Positions 1 through 9,742 are shown, numbered from the stretch's first letter. The stretch is 64,000 nt of DNA from an uncultured Clostridium sp. (GCA_948436025.1 CAOJHH010000002.1:422-64421), one strand, 5' to 3'. Made by a program: numbers and translations. The notes: generated by a model not told the origin, from the sequence alone.

Positions 1-2490
1 CAGTACCATGCCGAATCTGGAAAATGGCATCAAACCATAAAAACCTTAAAAGTTGGGCGAAACGAAATACAAATTCCACAAATTGGCACACTAGACTATG
101 AAAAAGGAGGTTCACTGTATATTAATTATACAGGAAACAATGCAAACGACATCTACGGAGTTCGTGTTAGTGGTGGTCAGGAAATCCCCGTACTAGACTT
201 TACAAAACCAAAAACTGAAGCAGAAAAGAAACAAGCAATTCTAACCTATATCGAAAAACTAGAAACGACAGTAGCAACATTACCAGAAAATCATAACAAA
301 CTACATAAAGGAAACGAAAGTAACAGTATAAACTATGATTATCAAAACACAAATTGTATTTTAGGAGCAACCGAAATTGTCCTAAGCACCATGATGTATT
401 CCGTATCTTCTGAACAAATTTGGAATGCCCTAAGTGGAACGAAAGAAGAAAAAGTAGAGAAACTATATCAATCCCTAGTAGCCATGGAAGACATGATTGA
501 CTTATTCTATGCACACAAAGGATTAAGTAGACAGATAGAAGCAGGAGCCAAAAACCAATACCCATCAAGCAGACTTAACATCCGTTACCAAAGAATGTTT
601 GCCGGAGCCTTTATGTATGCTGGAGGATTACACATCGGTATTGAATGGGGATCCATTGGTGGATTAGCCACCTCTCAACCAGTACAAAGTGATGAAAATG
701 GAAAATACCAAAGTGGACAATACTTTGGCTGGGGAATTGCCCATGAAATTGGACACATTATAAACGAAGGAACTTATGCAATTGCAGAAGTAACCAACAA
801 CTATTTTTCCGTACTAGCACAAGCAAAAGACACCAACGATTCCGTACGTTTCCAATATCGAAATGTATACGATAAAGTAACTTCAGGAACCAAAGGAAAA
901 GCATCAAACGTGTTTACACAATTAGCCATGTATTGGCAACTACATCTTGCCTACGATTTAGGAGGATATAACTATAAAACTTACGATACCTACCAAGAAC
1001 AATTTAATAACCTAATCTTTGCAAGAATTGATAGTTATGCAAGAGATATTAGTAAAGCACCTGCAAAAGAAATAGCCTTAACCTTAAATAATGCAGACAC
1101 CGATAACCGTTTCATGAGATTAGCCATTACAGCAGCCAACAAAAACATATTAGAATTTTTTGAAGCATGGGGAATGGTTCCAGATGAAACCACCAAACAA
1201 TATGCAGAACAATTTGAAAAAGAAACAAGAAGAATCCAATTTGTAAATGATGAAGCAAGAGCATATAAACTACAAGGAAACACAGGCTTCCCTACAGGAG
1301 CAAAACCAACAGCACATATTGAAAATACCATTACAAACTCAGTTGTCAATGATACTAAAATACGTATTACCCTAGGATTAGAGGGAGCAAATAAAAACGA
1401 CTTACTAGGATACGAAATTTATCGAAACGGAGTATCCATTGGATTTGTAACGGCTGAAAATACCGAATTTGTTGATACCATCAATGTCAATAACCGAGTA
1501 TATCAATATGAAATAGCAGCAATCGACAAAACACTTCAATCAACCGAAAAAGTAAGCTTAGCACCAATTAAAGTATGTCATGATGGAAGCTTAGAAAAAA
1601 CTGCCTTCACAATCACAACCAATATGACATCCAATGAGGATACCAAAGAAGAGGAAGACAAAAATTGTGCAGATATGCCAAGTGTGCAAGCGGTTAGCAA
1701 ATTAATCAATACTAACATAGAAGATAGTTACACTGGAACAACACAAGTGGCAAAAAATGCCGAAATCGTACTAGAACTAAACGAAGTATTATCCATCATT
1801 GGTTTCAAAGTAACCAAAGCCAATATAGAAGATAACTTACCAGACTACGAACTACAAATAAGCCAAGACAAGAAAAACTGGGAAACCGTAAAACAAGGAA
1901 GTTTAACATTTAATCAAAAAGAAGCAGTGGTATATTTTGACAAAGACAAAGGTGGAGCAGATGCAAGAGTACAAGTATACGATACAGCCTATGTAAAACT
2001 AATCTTTAAAAATACCACCAAACAGGAAATGAATATCACTCTTTCCGAAATCGATTTATTAGGAAAACCAGGAGATAACATTGAGATTTTACAAGCAAAT
2101 GGAATTGGAACCTTAAAAGAAGACTATATACTAGATAACATCGGAAACAAAATACCAGCAGGATCCTTCATTGTAACAGGGGAGTATCGTGGACACCCAG
2201 CCTTCAATGTGGTAAAACTATACGATGAAAATGGTAACTTAATAGAAGGAAAGCAAGTTATATTTGCTCCTGACCCAGAAAATGCAGACTTAGGAAACAT
2301 CACCAGTGGAACATGGATTTACTATATAGAACCAGAAGAAATAAACAAACTCCCAACCAAAGTAAAAGCCGAACTATACCGAGTAGATAATGCTCTAACA
2401 CTAGAAGGAGAAAGATTGGTAAGTGATTCTTTAGAACAAGAAGTACCACAAACCTTACCAGACATAACCATTAATCAAGGAAATCCGTAA
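1..2490 (+). CDS. M60-like (enhancin-type) zinc metallopeptidase; 5' end lies outside the window
   Basis: Frame 1 is open from base 1, with no stop before the ORF-track Met at 391. Zincin HEXXH motif in GWGIAHEIGHIINEG. C-terminal beta-rich region resembles an F5/8-type-C/CBM32 domain (YELQISQDKKNWETVKQGS). Confidence 0.75.
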   Translation, partial: QYHAESGKWHQTIKTLKVGRNEIQIPQIGTLDYEKGGSLYINYTGNNANDIYGVRVSGGQEIPVLDFTKPKTEAEKKQAILTYIEKLETTVATLPENHNKLHKGNESNSINYDYQNTNCILGATEIVLSTMMYSVSSEQIWNALSGTKEEKVEKLYQSLVAMEDMIDLFYAHKGLSRQIEAGAKNQYPSSRLNIRYQRMFAGAFMYAGGLHIGIEWGSIGGLATSQPVQSDENGKYQSGQYFGWGIAHEIGHIINEGTYAIAEVTNNYFSVLAQAKDTNDSVRFQYRNVYDKVTSGTKGKASNVFTQLAMYWQLHLAYDLGGYNYKTYDTYQEQFNNLIFARIDSYARDISKAPAKEIALTLNNADTDNRFMRLAITAANKNILEFFEAWGMVPDETTKQYAEQFEKETRRIQFVNDEARAYKLQGNTGFPTGAKPTAHIENTITNSVVNDTKIRITLGLEGANKNDLLGYEIYRNGVSIGFVTAENTEFVDTINVNNRVYQYEIAAIDKTLQSTEKVSLAPIKVCHDGSLEKTAFTITTNMTSNEDTKEEEDKNCADMPSVQAVSKLINTNIEDSYTGTTQVAKNAEIVLELNEVLSIIGFKVTKANIEDNLPDYELQISQDKKNWETVKQGSLTFNQKEAVVYFDKDKGGADARVQVYDTAYVKLIFKNTTKQEMNITLSEIDLLGKPGDNIEILQANGIGTLKEDYILDNIGNKIPAGSFIVTGEYRGHPAFNVVKLYDENGNLIEGKQVIFAPDPENADLGNITSGTWIYYIEPEEINKLPTKVKAELYRVDNALTLEGERLVSDSLEQEVPQTLPDITINQGNP

Positions 2491-2501
2491 GATTTGAGGA
2501 G

Positions 2502-3455
2502 ATGAATATGAAAAATAAAATAAAAAAAATAATAGGAGGACTCCTAATCAGTATGTTTGTGATGGTATTTACCATACCATCACAAGGGGCACAAGCACAA
2601 ATAGGAAATGATACACAGGCAAATATCATATTAAGAAAACAAGAAGGAACCGATAATCAAGTACATCTATCCTTAGAAACGACAAACACAAAAAGCATGG
2701 CTTCCTTCCAATTAGAATTAGAAGCAGAAACGCAAAACATACAAGATATTACCGGAATTACAATTAAATGGGATGATGCCATAGAACAAACCGAATTAAA
2801 AGAACTAACTTACAACAATGGAAACATCCACCTATATGTTGTTAGCAAAAACGAATTAGGAGAACAAGATGCTCACCAAAGAAGAATTGAAATAGGAACC
2901 CTTACAATTGAAACACAAGAAAAAGATAACATTGATGTTACACTAAAAGCAAACCAAGAAACACTAAAACTTGCTTCCATCAACCATGAACCAACCAATC
3001 TAACCAATAAGCCAAGTGAAATTGCTCTACGAATTAATGAAAAAGCAATAGATGAAGGTGAAAATGAAGGTGACAACCAAGGAGGAGACCAAAACGAAAA
3101 CGGTAACGATAACCAAGAGGGGAATGACAATCAAGAAGAGGGAAATAACCAAGAAAATAATAACAACCAAAGCGGAAGTGGAGAACAAGGAAACGGGAAC
3201 AATGGGAACATAGGAGGAAATGAAAACAACTCATTACAAGAGGAAGAACAAGAAGAAAATCAAATACAAGAAGAGACACAAGAAGAAAACAAAAATACTA
3301 CCATTACCACAAGCAGTAAACCCGTAGACAAAGCCACACAAAAGCTACCACAAACAGGAGTAGGCATAAATGGACTAATCGTATTTGTTATTCTAATGAT
3401 AATCATCTTAATAGCCGTTATCCTATACCGAAAATGGAAAAAAGCACAACATTAA
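2502..3455 (+). CDS. LPXTG-anchored surface protein with an N/Q/E/G low-complexity stalk
   Basis: N-terminal signal peptide (KKIIGGLLISMFVMVFTIPSQGAQA). C-terminal LPQTG, a hydrophobic span and a basic tail (KLPQTGVGINGLIVFVILMIIILIAVILYRKWKK). The ATG at 2508 has better spacing to the GAGGAG RBS than the one at 2502. Confidence 0.8.
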   Translation: MNMKNKIKKIIGGLLISMFVMVFTIPSQGAQAQIGNDTQANIILRKQEGTDNQVHLSLETTNTKSMASFQLELEAETQNIQDITGITIKWDDAIEQTELKELTYNNGNIHLYVVSKNELGEQDAHQRRIEIGTLTIETQEKDNIDVTLKANQETLKLASINHEPTNLTNKPSEIALRINEKAIDEGENEGDNQGGDQNENGNDNQEGNDNQEEGNNQENNNNQSGSGEQGNGNNGNIGGNENNSLQEEEQEENQIQEETQEENKNTTITTSSKPVDKATQKLPQTGVGINGLIVFVILMIIILIAVILYRKWKKAQH

Positions 3456-3461
3456 GCAAGA

Positions 3462-3488
3462 AAACTCGCATATTTGCGAGTTTTTTTG
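3462..3488 (+). terminator. rho-independent terminator
   Basis: actcgca/tgcgagt stem with a tatt loop, followed by a T run. Confidence 0.7.
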
Positions 3489-3567
3489 ATAAATCAATTC
3501 AAAGCTAATATAGAAAATTTGACAAATAAGCCGTGGAATGCTATCATGGAAGCCATAGGAGGGAATT

Positions 3568-4290
3568 ATGGTAGCAATTGTAACAGGGGGAGCCAAAGGA
3601 ATTGGAAGAGCGATTGTCGTAGAGCTTGCCAAAAAAGGAATACAAGTTGTATTAAATTATCGCCATTCGGAAAAGCAGGCAATTAAGGCAAAACAAGAAC
3701 TTTTGGAGCACGGGTATGAAATAGAAATTTATCAAGCTGATGTAGCAAAAAAAGAAGAGGTACAAAGATTAGTAGCCTATACCAAAGAAAAATGGGGAGA
3801 GGTAGATATTTTAGTAAACAATGCAGGAATCGATAAATGGCAGTTATTTACGGATATGACCGATGAAGATTGGAACGAAATGCTTGCCAATAATCTAACT
3901 TCAGCATTTTATATGACCAAAGAAGTAGTACCAGATATGATACGAAAAAAGAAAGGATGTATTATTAATATTTCCTCTATTTGGGGTATCACAGGAGCGT
4001 CCTGCGAAGTAGCGTACTCCGTAAGTAAAGCTGGAATGGATGGACTAACAAAAGCTCTTGCCAAAGAACTCGCCCCATCTAACATACGAGTAAATTCCAT
4101 TGCACCAGGAGCGATTGACACGGATATGAATCAAAACTTAAACAAAGAAGAAAGAAAAGAAGTAGAAAATGAAATTCCACTTGGACGATTTGGTACACCA
4201 GAAGATATCGCAAAATGTGTCATGTGGTTAGTAGAAGATAACTATACAACAGGACAGGTTGTATCTCCAAATGGAGGATGGGTCATATAA
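3568..4290 (+). CDS. short-chain dehydrogenase/reductase, 3-oxoacyl-ACP reductase (FabG)-like
   Basis: TGGAKGIGRAI Rossmann motif, NNAG, and the YSVSKAG catalytic YxxxK. Confidence 0.8.
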   Translation: MVAIVTGGAKGIGRAIVVELAKKGIQVVLNYRHSEKQAIKAKQELLEHGYEIEIYQADVAKKEEVQRLVAYTKEKWGEVDILVNNAGIDKWQLFTDMTDEDWNEMLANNLTSAFYMTKEVVPDMIRKKKGCIINISSIWGITGASCEVAYSVSKAGMDGLTKALAKELAPSNIRVNSIAPGAIDTDMNQNLNKEERKEVENEIPLGRFGTPEDIAKCVMWLVEDNYTTGQVVSPNGGWVI

Positions 4291-4324
4291 AGAAACTATC
4301 AATAAAAGCATACATTCGAACAAC

Positions 4325-4352
4325 AAAAAACTCGCGAAACTGCGAGTTTTTT
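4325..4352. terminator. bidirectional hairpin terminator between convergent genes
   Basis: aaaaaactcgcg aaac tgcgagtttttt: A run, GC stem, T run. Confidence 0.65.
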
Positions 4353-4357
4353 ATAGC

Positions 4358-4822
4358 TTATTCTGTTACTTTTCTTTTATAATTTCCAGAAATAATTTTT
4401 GGTAAATAGGTAAGAATTTTATATACTGCCAAACGAATCTTTTTACTCCATAGATACGTTTTTCTTAATCGTTTTGTTGGTAACAAACCAGCCTCTGTAT
4501 CCTCTGTTACAATCAAAGAAACATTATCCTTCTCGATTGGGAAAATATAATTTTGATGTTCGTTATTATCCCAATTACCATTTCCATCATTAAAACAGAA
4601 ATTAAATGTTTCTGCATCAGTTAGAGTGATTTCAGCTTGAAAACCTAACTCCGTTTTTTCCATTTCAACCTCATTTACACCATCCCATTGTAAACCAAAC
4701 CCATAATGAAGAAACACCTTTTTGGCATTATCTTGGAACAATTTTCCTGTGTAAGAAATCTTAACAGAAGCATTTTCAACTAGTTTATCGGTATTAAAAA
4801 ATATATTCTTTGTTAATTCCAT
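4358..4822 (-). CDS. small protein with a CBM25/CBM53-like starch-binding fold
   Basis: Pattern VFLHYGFGLQWDGV ... FCFNDGNGNWDNNEHQNYIF matches the W/NWDNN signature of starch-binding modules. Basic C-terminal tail. Confidence 0.5.
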   Translation of the reverse strand: MELTKNIFFNTDKLVENASVKISYTGKLFQDNAKKVFLHYGFGLQWDGVNEVEMEKTELGFQAEITLTDAETFNFCFNDGNGNWDNNEHQNYIFPIEKDNVSLIVTEDTEAGLLPTKRLRKTYLWSKKIRLAVYKILTYLPKIISGNYKRKVTE

Positions 4823-4907
4823 GATACTCTCTCCTTAAATTTATCTTTAGCAAACCTATTATATTATTAAAAATATAAATATTCAAGTATTTTTTACAAG
4901 AAATTTC

Positions 4908-5477
4908 TTATTTTGATAAAATTTTTCCAACAATATAGAAATCATCATCATTTTTAATCGTAATATCCTTATAATCTTTATTATCAGCCTTTAATGTAAT
5001 TTTCTCTTTTTTTGCCATAAACTTACGAATCATAATTTCATCATTCACACTAAACACACCATAATCCTTTGAATTTAAAGGTGTATTAAACTCAACAAAC
5101 ACATAGGAATCTTTCTTAAAAGTTGGCTCCATAGCATCATCATTTACCTTTAAAGCAATAGCAGAACTTGGTACATTAGAAGGACAATCAATAAAACCAC
5201 TAACCGAATCAACAGCCAATAATCTACTATAAGAAATATGGTTTACCACATTATAAGTCTCTTGTTCCTCATTAATATCTTTATCATATGTGTACATTAA
5301 TTGTTGATAAGGAATATCCAAAGCACGGCAAATATTTTTTAATGCTTTATGGCTTGGATTTCTTTCCCCTTTCTCAATATGTGTTAAATGACCAATGTTA
5401 ATATCAGTTAATTTAGCAAGTTCGGTTTTTGTCATTCTTTTTTCTCTTCTTGCTTTTGCAATCATATCACCTATCAT
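4908..5477 (-). CDS. XRE-family HTH repressor fused to an S24 (LexA/CI-like) peptidase domain
   Basis: N-terminal HTH (MTKTELAKLTDINIGHLTHIEKGERNPS). C-terminal S24 core ALKVNDDAMEPTF ... IMIRKF. Start chosen at Met18 of the ORF (MIGDM), which has an AGAGGGA RBS 6 nt upstream. Confidence 0.8.
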   Translation of the reverse strand: MIGDMIAKARREKRMTKTELAKLTDINIGHLTHIEKGERNPSHKALKNICRALDIPYQQLMYTYDKDINEEQETYNVVNHISYSRLLAVDSVSGFIDCPSNVPSSAIALKVNDDAMEPTFKKDSYVFVEFNTPLNSKDYGVFSVNDEIMIRKFMAKKEKITLKADNKDYKDITIKNDDDFYIVGKILSK

Positions 5478-5590
5478 ACATAATCCCTCTTTTTCTCTAA
5501 TATTTTTCCTTATTATACAAAAAAACACATGATTTGTCTAGTAGTAAATGAAAAAAATATCAATATTTATAAAAAAATATCATAAAACAA

Positions 5591-5619
5591 TTGACTTGTC
5601 AAATTAGCAGTGATAAAAT
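5591..5619 (+). promoter_or_regulatory. candidate sigma-A promoter with an operator-like inverted repeat for the cro-like gene
   Basis: TTGACT, 17 nt, TAAAAT. The -35 lies inside the inverted repeat ttgac-tt-gtcaa (5591-5602), and a further TTGACA is at 5621. Confidence 0.45.
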
Positions 5620-5657
5620 ATTGACAAATTGTAAACTGGAAAGGGGAGGAAGAAAAC

Positions 5658-5855
5658 ATGTATCAAAATAAAATTAGACAATATCGAAAACAACAAGGAA
5701 TGAATTTAGATGAATTAGCAAAAAAGGTGGGAATATCTGTAGGATATCTATGTCACTTAGAAATTGGCTCAAGAGCAAACCCATCCATTCAAATTATGGA
5801 AAAAGTAGCAAATGCGTTAGGAAAAAATGTAGCAGAAATCTTTTTTAGTGAATAA
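5658..5855 (+). CDS. small XRE-family HTH protein (Cro-like), divergent from the S24 repressor
   Basis: 65 aa, MNLDELAKKVGISVGYLCHLEIGSRANPS. RBS GGGGAGGA upstream. Confidence 0.8.
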   Translation: MYQNKIRQYRKQQGMNLDELAKKVGISVGYLCHLEIGSRANPSIQIMEKVANALGKNVAEIFFSE

Positions 5856-6006
5856 AAATAGAAATAAGCAATACCAATTAAATGTAATAGATAAACGAAA
5901 AATGAGAAATTCCAAATATCGAAATGAAAATCTTGTAAATGTTTTCCACTTATGATAAGATGAAACAAAAGAAAAACAACTTAACAATCAGTGGGGAGGA
6001 AAAAAG

Positions 6007-7605
6007 GTGAGAAGCAGACGAAATGGTAGAAGAAAAATACGTAGCATACGAATTGAAATACCTAAAAGTGTAAAAACGATGTTAAAAGTAGTCAGCATTT
6101 TTATGGTATTACTATGCTTTTCTACCATATTTGCATTAACCACTTCGGTTAGCCAAAAAATATTAGCAAGAGTACACCTAAATGGAGTTGATTTATCCAA
6201 TTTAACTATTGATGAAGGATATCAAAAACTAAACGAAACCTTAACAAACAATAAAAAGAAAAATATAGTCTTAGCCTATGAAGAATACGAAACAACCCTT
6301 AGTTTAGAGCAACTAGAAGTAACTTATAAAACCGATGAAGCCATCAACAAAGCGTATAGGCTAGGGCGAAACCGAAATATATTAATTAGTAATTTTCAAA
6401 TTATTTCCAATCTACTATTTGGAAATCAAATAGAACAAACCATCGAAATCAATGAAGAAGAATTAGAAAAAGCCATTAGTGATATTGAAGTAAAACTACC
6501 GAATGCACAAGTAGACAGTAGTTTCTACATAGAAGAAGACCAACTAATCATCACAAGTGGAAAAACAGGAGCCATCTTACAAAAAGAACAACTAAAAGAC
6601 ACATTAATTCATGAAATCAAAAATCAAATCATGGGAAAAGAAGTAGGAACCATTACACTACCAGTAGAAATAAAAGCACCAGATACGATTGATATAGAAT
6701 CCATTTATGAAGAAATCCATACAAAACCACAAGATGCCCATTATGATGAAACCAACAAAAAACTATACAAAGAAGAAAATGGAATGGAATTTGCCATTTC
6801 CTTAGAAGAAGCCAAAAATTTACTAGCAGAAGAAAAAGAAGAATATACCATACCACTAAACATCATAAAACCAACTATTACCATCAAAGACTTAGCAAAC
6901 AAGGACTTCTTTCCAAATCTACTTGCAAAATTTACCACAAGATATGATGAAACCGCAGAAAACCGAGCTACCAACATACGCCTATCCTCCGAAAAAATAA
7001 ACGGAACAATCCTCATGCCAGACGAAATCTTTTCTTATAACAAAGTAGTAGGAGAAAGAACCATTAAAGCAGGCTATAAAGAAGCAGGAGTATACATGGG
7101 AGGAAAAGTAGTAAATGGAATAGGAGGAGGCATTTGCCAAGTATCCACAACACTATACAATGCTGTATTATTAGCAAACCTAGACATCACCAGCAGAAGA
7201 AACCACTACTTTATTACCTCCTATGTATCACCAAGCAGAGACGCCACAGTTTCATACGGCAGTATCGATTTCCAATTCAAAAACACCAGAAACTACCCAG
7301 TCAAAATCGAATGTATCTCAAGAAACGGAACCTGCCAAGTTTTCATATATGGAATGAAAGAAGAAACCGAATACGAAGTAGAAATACAAGACAAAGTAAC
7401 CGAAATAATCCCATACACCACAAAAACCGTTTCCACCAATCAACTACCAAAAGGCGAAAGTCAAGTAATACAAACAGGAGTACACGGCTATAAAAGCGAA
7501 GCTTACCGTATTTTAAAATTAAACGGAAAAGTAATCTCCAAAACCCTATTATCCAAAGACTCCTACAATCCACTACAAGAAGTAATCGAAGTAGGAACCA
7601 AATAA
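6007..7605 (+). CDS. VanW family protein with a C-terminal G5-like domain
   Basis: GTG start after GGGGAGGA. N-terminal TM. VanW core YNKVVGERTIKAGYKEAGVY..GGGICQVSTTLYNAV..RNHYF. C-terminal QVIQTGVHGYKSEAYR resembles G5. Confidence 0.8.
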   Translation: MRSRRNGRRKIRSIRIEIPKSVKTMLKVVSIFMVLLCFSTIFALTTSVSQKILARVHLNGVDLSNLTIDEGYQKLNETLTNNKKKNIVLAYEEYETTLSLEQLEVTYKTDEAINKAYRLGRNRNILISNFQIISNLLFGNQIEQTIEINEEELEKAISDIEVKLPNAQVDSSFYIEEDQLIITSGKTGAILQKEQLKDTLIHEIKNQIMGKEVGTITLPVEIKAPDTIDIESIYEEIHTKPQDAHYDETNKKLYKEENGMEFAISLEEAKNLLAEEKEEYTIPLNIIKPTITIKDLANKDFFPNLLAKFTTRYDETAENRATNIRLSSEKINGTILMPDEIFSYNKVVGERTIKAGYKEAGVYMGGKVVNGIGGGICQVSTTLYNAVLLANLDITSRRNHYFITSYVSPSRDATVSYGSIDFQFKNTRNYPVKIECISRNGTCQVFIYGMKEETEYEVEIQDKVTEIIPYTTKTVSTNQLPKGESQVIQTGVHGYKSEAYRILKLNGKVISKTLLSKDSYNPLQEVIEVGTK

Positions 7606-7619
7606 ATAAAACAAAACTA

Positions 7620-7649
7620 TTGACAAACAAAGACCAACGGAGCTATAAT
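7620..7649 (+). promoter_or_regulatory. candidate promoter of tRNA-Lys
   Basis: TTGACA (7620-7625), 18 nt, TATAAT (7644-7649), about 15 nt before the tRNA 5' end. Confidence 0.5.
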
Positions 7650-7664
7650 AATAATGTTCCAAAT

Positions 7665-7740
7665 GCGCCATTAGCTCAGTTGGTAGAGCAGGTGACTCTT
7701 AATCACAAGGTCGGAGGTTCGACCCCTCTATGGCGCACCA
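7665..7740 (+). tRNA. tRNA-Lys (anticodon CTT), CCA encoded
   Basis: Hand-folded cloverleaf: acceptor GCGCCAT/ATGGCGC, D arm GCTC..GAGC, anticodon loop CT-CTT-AA, T arm GGAGG-TTCGACC-CCTCT, 3' ACCA. Confidence 0.9.
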
Positions 7741-7743
7741 CAG

Positions 7744-7780
7744 CAAAGCCAAACATAAATGGCTTTGCTATTTTTGTTTT
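7744..7780 (+). terminator. rho-independent terminator after the tRNA
   Basis: gcaaagcc / ggctttgc stem followed by tatttttgtttt. Confidence 0.7.
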
Positions 7781-7812
7781 TGGAACAATATGCAGGGAAA
7801 GAGGAGAGAAAA

Positions 7813-8158
7813 ATGCCCAAGGTTCCAAAAAAAGTAGAAAAAGCAATAAAAGAATTCATTAATCGGAATAAAAAAAATATTACCAAACCAAATAAAAGAA
7901 ATTATTCTATATGGTTCTTACGCAAGAGGGGACTATAGAGAAAATTCCGATATAGATATTATGATACTAACCAAGCTATCTGAAAAAGAAATTGTAAAAG
8001 TTAGAACACAAATATGGGATTATGCCTATGATGTAGGATTAGAAAATGATATTATTATATCAGCATTACTAAAAAACACAGATGATTTCAATTATTGGTT
8101 AGATACACTACCTTTCTATATGAATGTAAAAAAGGAGGGGACGATATTACATGGATAA
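7813..8158 (+). CDS. MNT-type nucleotidyltransferase domain protein; needs a +1 shift at in-frame CGG 7864
   Basis: RBS GAGGAGAG. Zero frame MPKVPKKVEKAIKEFIN-CGG. Skipping C7864 gives G-IKKILPNQIKEIILYGSYARGDYRENSDIDIMIL (GSxxxG..DxD NTase motif) and runs to the stop at 8156-8158. Confidence 0.75.
7864..7867 (+). other. in-frame CGG-A recoding site (MNT)
   Basis: aat CGG A: the zero frame stops about 20 codons later, and the +1 frame carries the NTase domain. Confidence 0.8.
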
Positions 8159-8335
8159 AAAGGAAAAAATAAAACACTACATAGCTTTGTGAAGCGTAAG
8201 GTAGTGTTTTTGTTTTATACAAAAGTTGCCTGTAAGAAAAACACGAAAAATAAAAAACAAATTTTCGCAAGAACTATTGTGATTTATTGTGAAATGTAAT
8301 AGAATAGGTACAAATAAAAAAGGAAATGATGTTAA

Positions 8336-8693
8336 ATGAATAAATTAGAAAGAAATTTTAATAATAGTAATGAGACCTTTGAGGAGATTAAACACATTGA
8401 TGAAAATGGAGTTGAATTTTGGTATGCAAGAGAACTTATGCCTGTTATATCATCGCACAAAATGGAGATACGAGAAAAAAGGTTATTGCCCTTGCACAAA
8501 CCTATTTTGCCATTCAAACGAGACAACATACAAACCGAAAAAGAAGCCTGTGGTACCCATAACATAGTAGGACAGATTGTTAGAAACGCCATAAAACAAG
8601 CAGGACGGAACAATGCCAGAAGAACTACCAACCCCACAAAAAAGCTTAAAACAATTAGAAAAGGAACAAAAAGAAGTGAATAAAATAATATAA
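8336..8693 (+). pseudogene. dinD: decayed dinD (DNA-damage-inducible protein D) remnant
   Basis: Three pieces in different frames match DinD: [37 protein letters not shown] and VGQIVRNAIKQAG-G-TMPEELPTPQKSLKQLEKEQ. Large internal deletions. The last junction is again an in-frame CGG (8606). Confidence 0.65.
8606..8609 (+). other. in-frame CGG-A recoding site (dinD remnant)
   Basis: gga CGG A: +1 restores the conserved DinD C-terminus GGTMPEELPTP. Confidence 0.65.
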
Positions 8694-8757
8694 AAAAGGT
8701 AGAAAAAAATCGAAAAAGGGAATATAATAAAAGATAGAGAGTAAAAAAGGGGTGAGG

Positions 8758-9711
8758 ATGATGGTGAAAATATATCATTCCGATATGGAAACTAACCAAT
8801 TAAAAGTGGTATCAAAAATTGAAAAAGGTTGTTGGATTAGTATGATAAATCCAAGCGACCAAGAAATTAAAGAAGTATGTAAAAAAACAAAAATTGCCGA
8901 AGATTTTATTAAATATTCTTTAGACTATGAAGAAAAAGCAAGAATTGATCAAGAGGAAGATGATGGCACCATTTTATTTATTGTCGATGTACCTATTATT
9001 GAAAAAGAAAAAGACACCGAAAGCTATACCACAATGCCATTAGGAATGATTGTCGTAAGAGACGATTACTTTATTACCGTATCCTTAAAGAAAAACCTTG
9101 TCATCGACAATTTTGAAAAGAAAAAAATAAAAGGATTTACCACTTACAAAAAGAGTAGATTCCTATTCCAAATCATGTTTTACAATGCATCCTTATACCT
9201 AAACTACCTAAAACGAATTAACAAAGAAACCGAAATTGCAGAAAACATATTAAAAAACTCCATGAAAAACCGAGAACTATTAAAGCTACTAAGCTTAGAA
9301 AAAAGCTTAGTCTACTTTACCACCTCACTAAAATCCAACGAATTAGTCATGGAAAAAACCTTACGAGGAAAAATCCTAAAACTATACGAAGAAGACGAAG
9401 ACATACTAGAAGACGCCATTGTCGAAAACAAACAAGCCATTGAAATGAGTGGAATTTACCGAGACATCCTAAACGGCACCATGGATGCCTATGCCTCCAT
9501 TATTTCTAATAACCTAAACGGAGTCATGAAATTCCTAACATCCATTACCATCATTCTTGCCATACCAACCTTAATTGCAAGCCTATGGGGCATGAATGTG
9601 CCAGTGCCACTACAAAACCACCCGTATGGATTTATCCTACTAATAGGAATTTGCATTATCGTAACCGTTATTGCGATACTCATGTTAAAAAGAAGAGATT
9701 TACTAGATTAA
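8758..9711 (+). CDS. corA: CorA-family magnesium/cobalt transporter
   Basis: C-terminal two-TM hairpin with a GMN motif (LWGMNVPVP). Size is typical. Confidence 0.8.
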   Translation: MMVKIYHSDMETNQLKVVSKIEKGCWISMINPSDQEIKEVCKKTKIAEDFIKYSLDYEEKARIDQEEDDGTILFIVDVPIIEKEKDTESYTTMPLGMIVVRDDYFITVSLKKNLVIDNFEKKKIKGFTTYKKSRFLFQIMFYNASLYLNYLKRINKETEIAENILKNSMKNRELLKLLSLEKSLVYFTTSLKSNELVMEKTLRGKILKLYEEDEDILEDAIVENKQAIEMSGIYRDILNGTMDAYASIISNNLNGVMKFLTSITIILAIPTLIASLWGMNVPVPLQNHPYGFILLIGICIIVTVIAILMLKRRDLLD

Positions 9712-9742
9712 ATAGAAAAAACTTGCCAGCCACACAATAACA

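Noticed and set aside
7134-7630. Overlapping ORFs in alternative frames and on the antisense strand within vanW. The same applies to similar ones inside the M60 peptidase, NRPS, purL, tex, ABC-F and dacB-like genes.
   Set aside because: Their translations are basic or hydrophobic low-complexity sequences typical of off-frame reading of AT-rich genes. Each lies wholly inside a gene with strong homology.
7868-7880. The A-rich run (ataaaaaaaatatt) in the MNT gene looked like a homopolymer slippage site that would explain the frame break.
   Set aside because: The junction is restored exactly by skipping C7864 of the in-frame CGG, four bases upstream. This matches the 17 other sites, so no change in the A run is needed.
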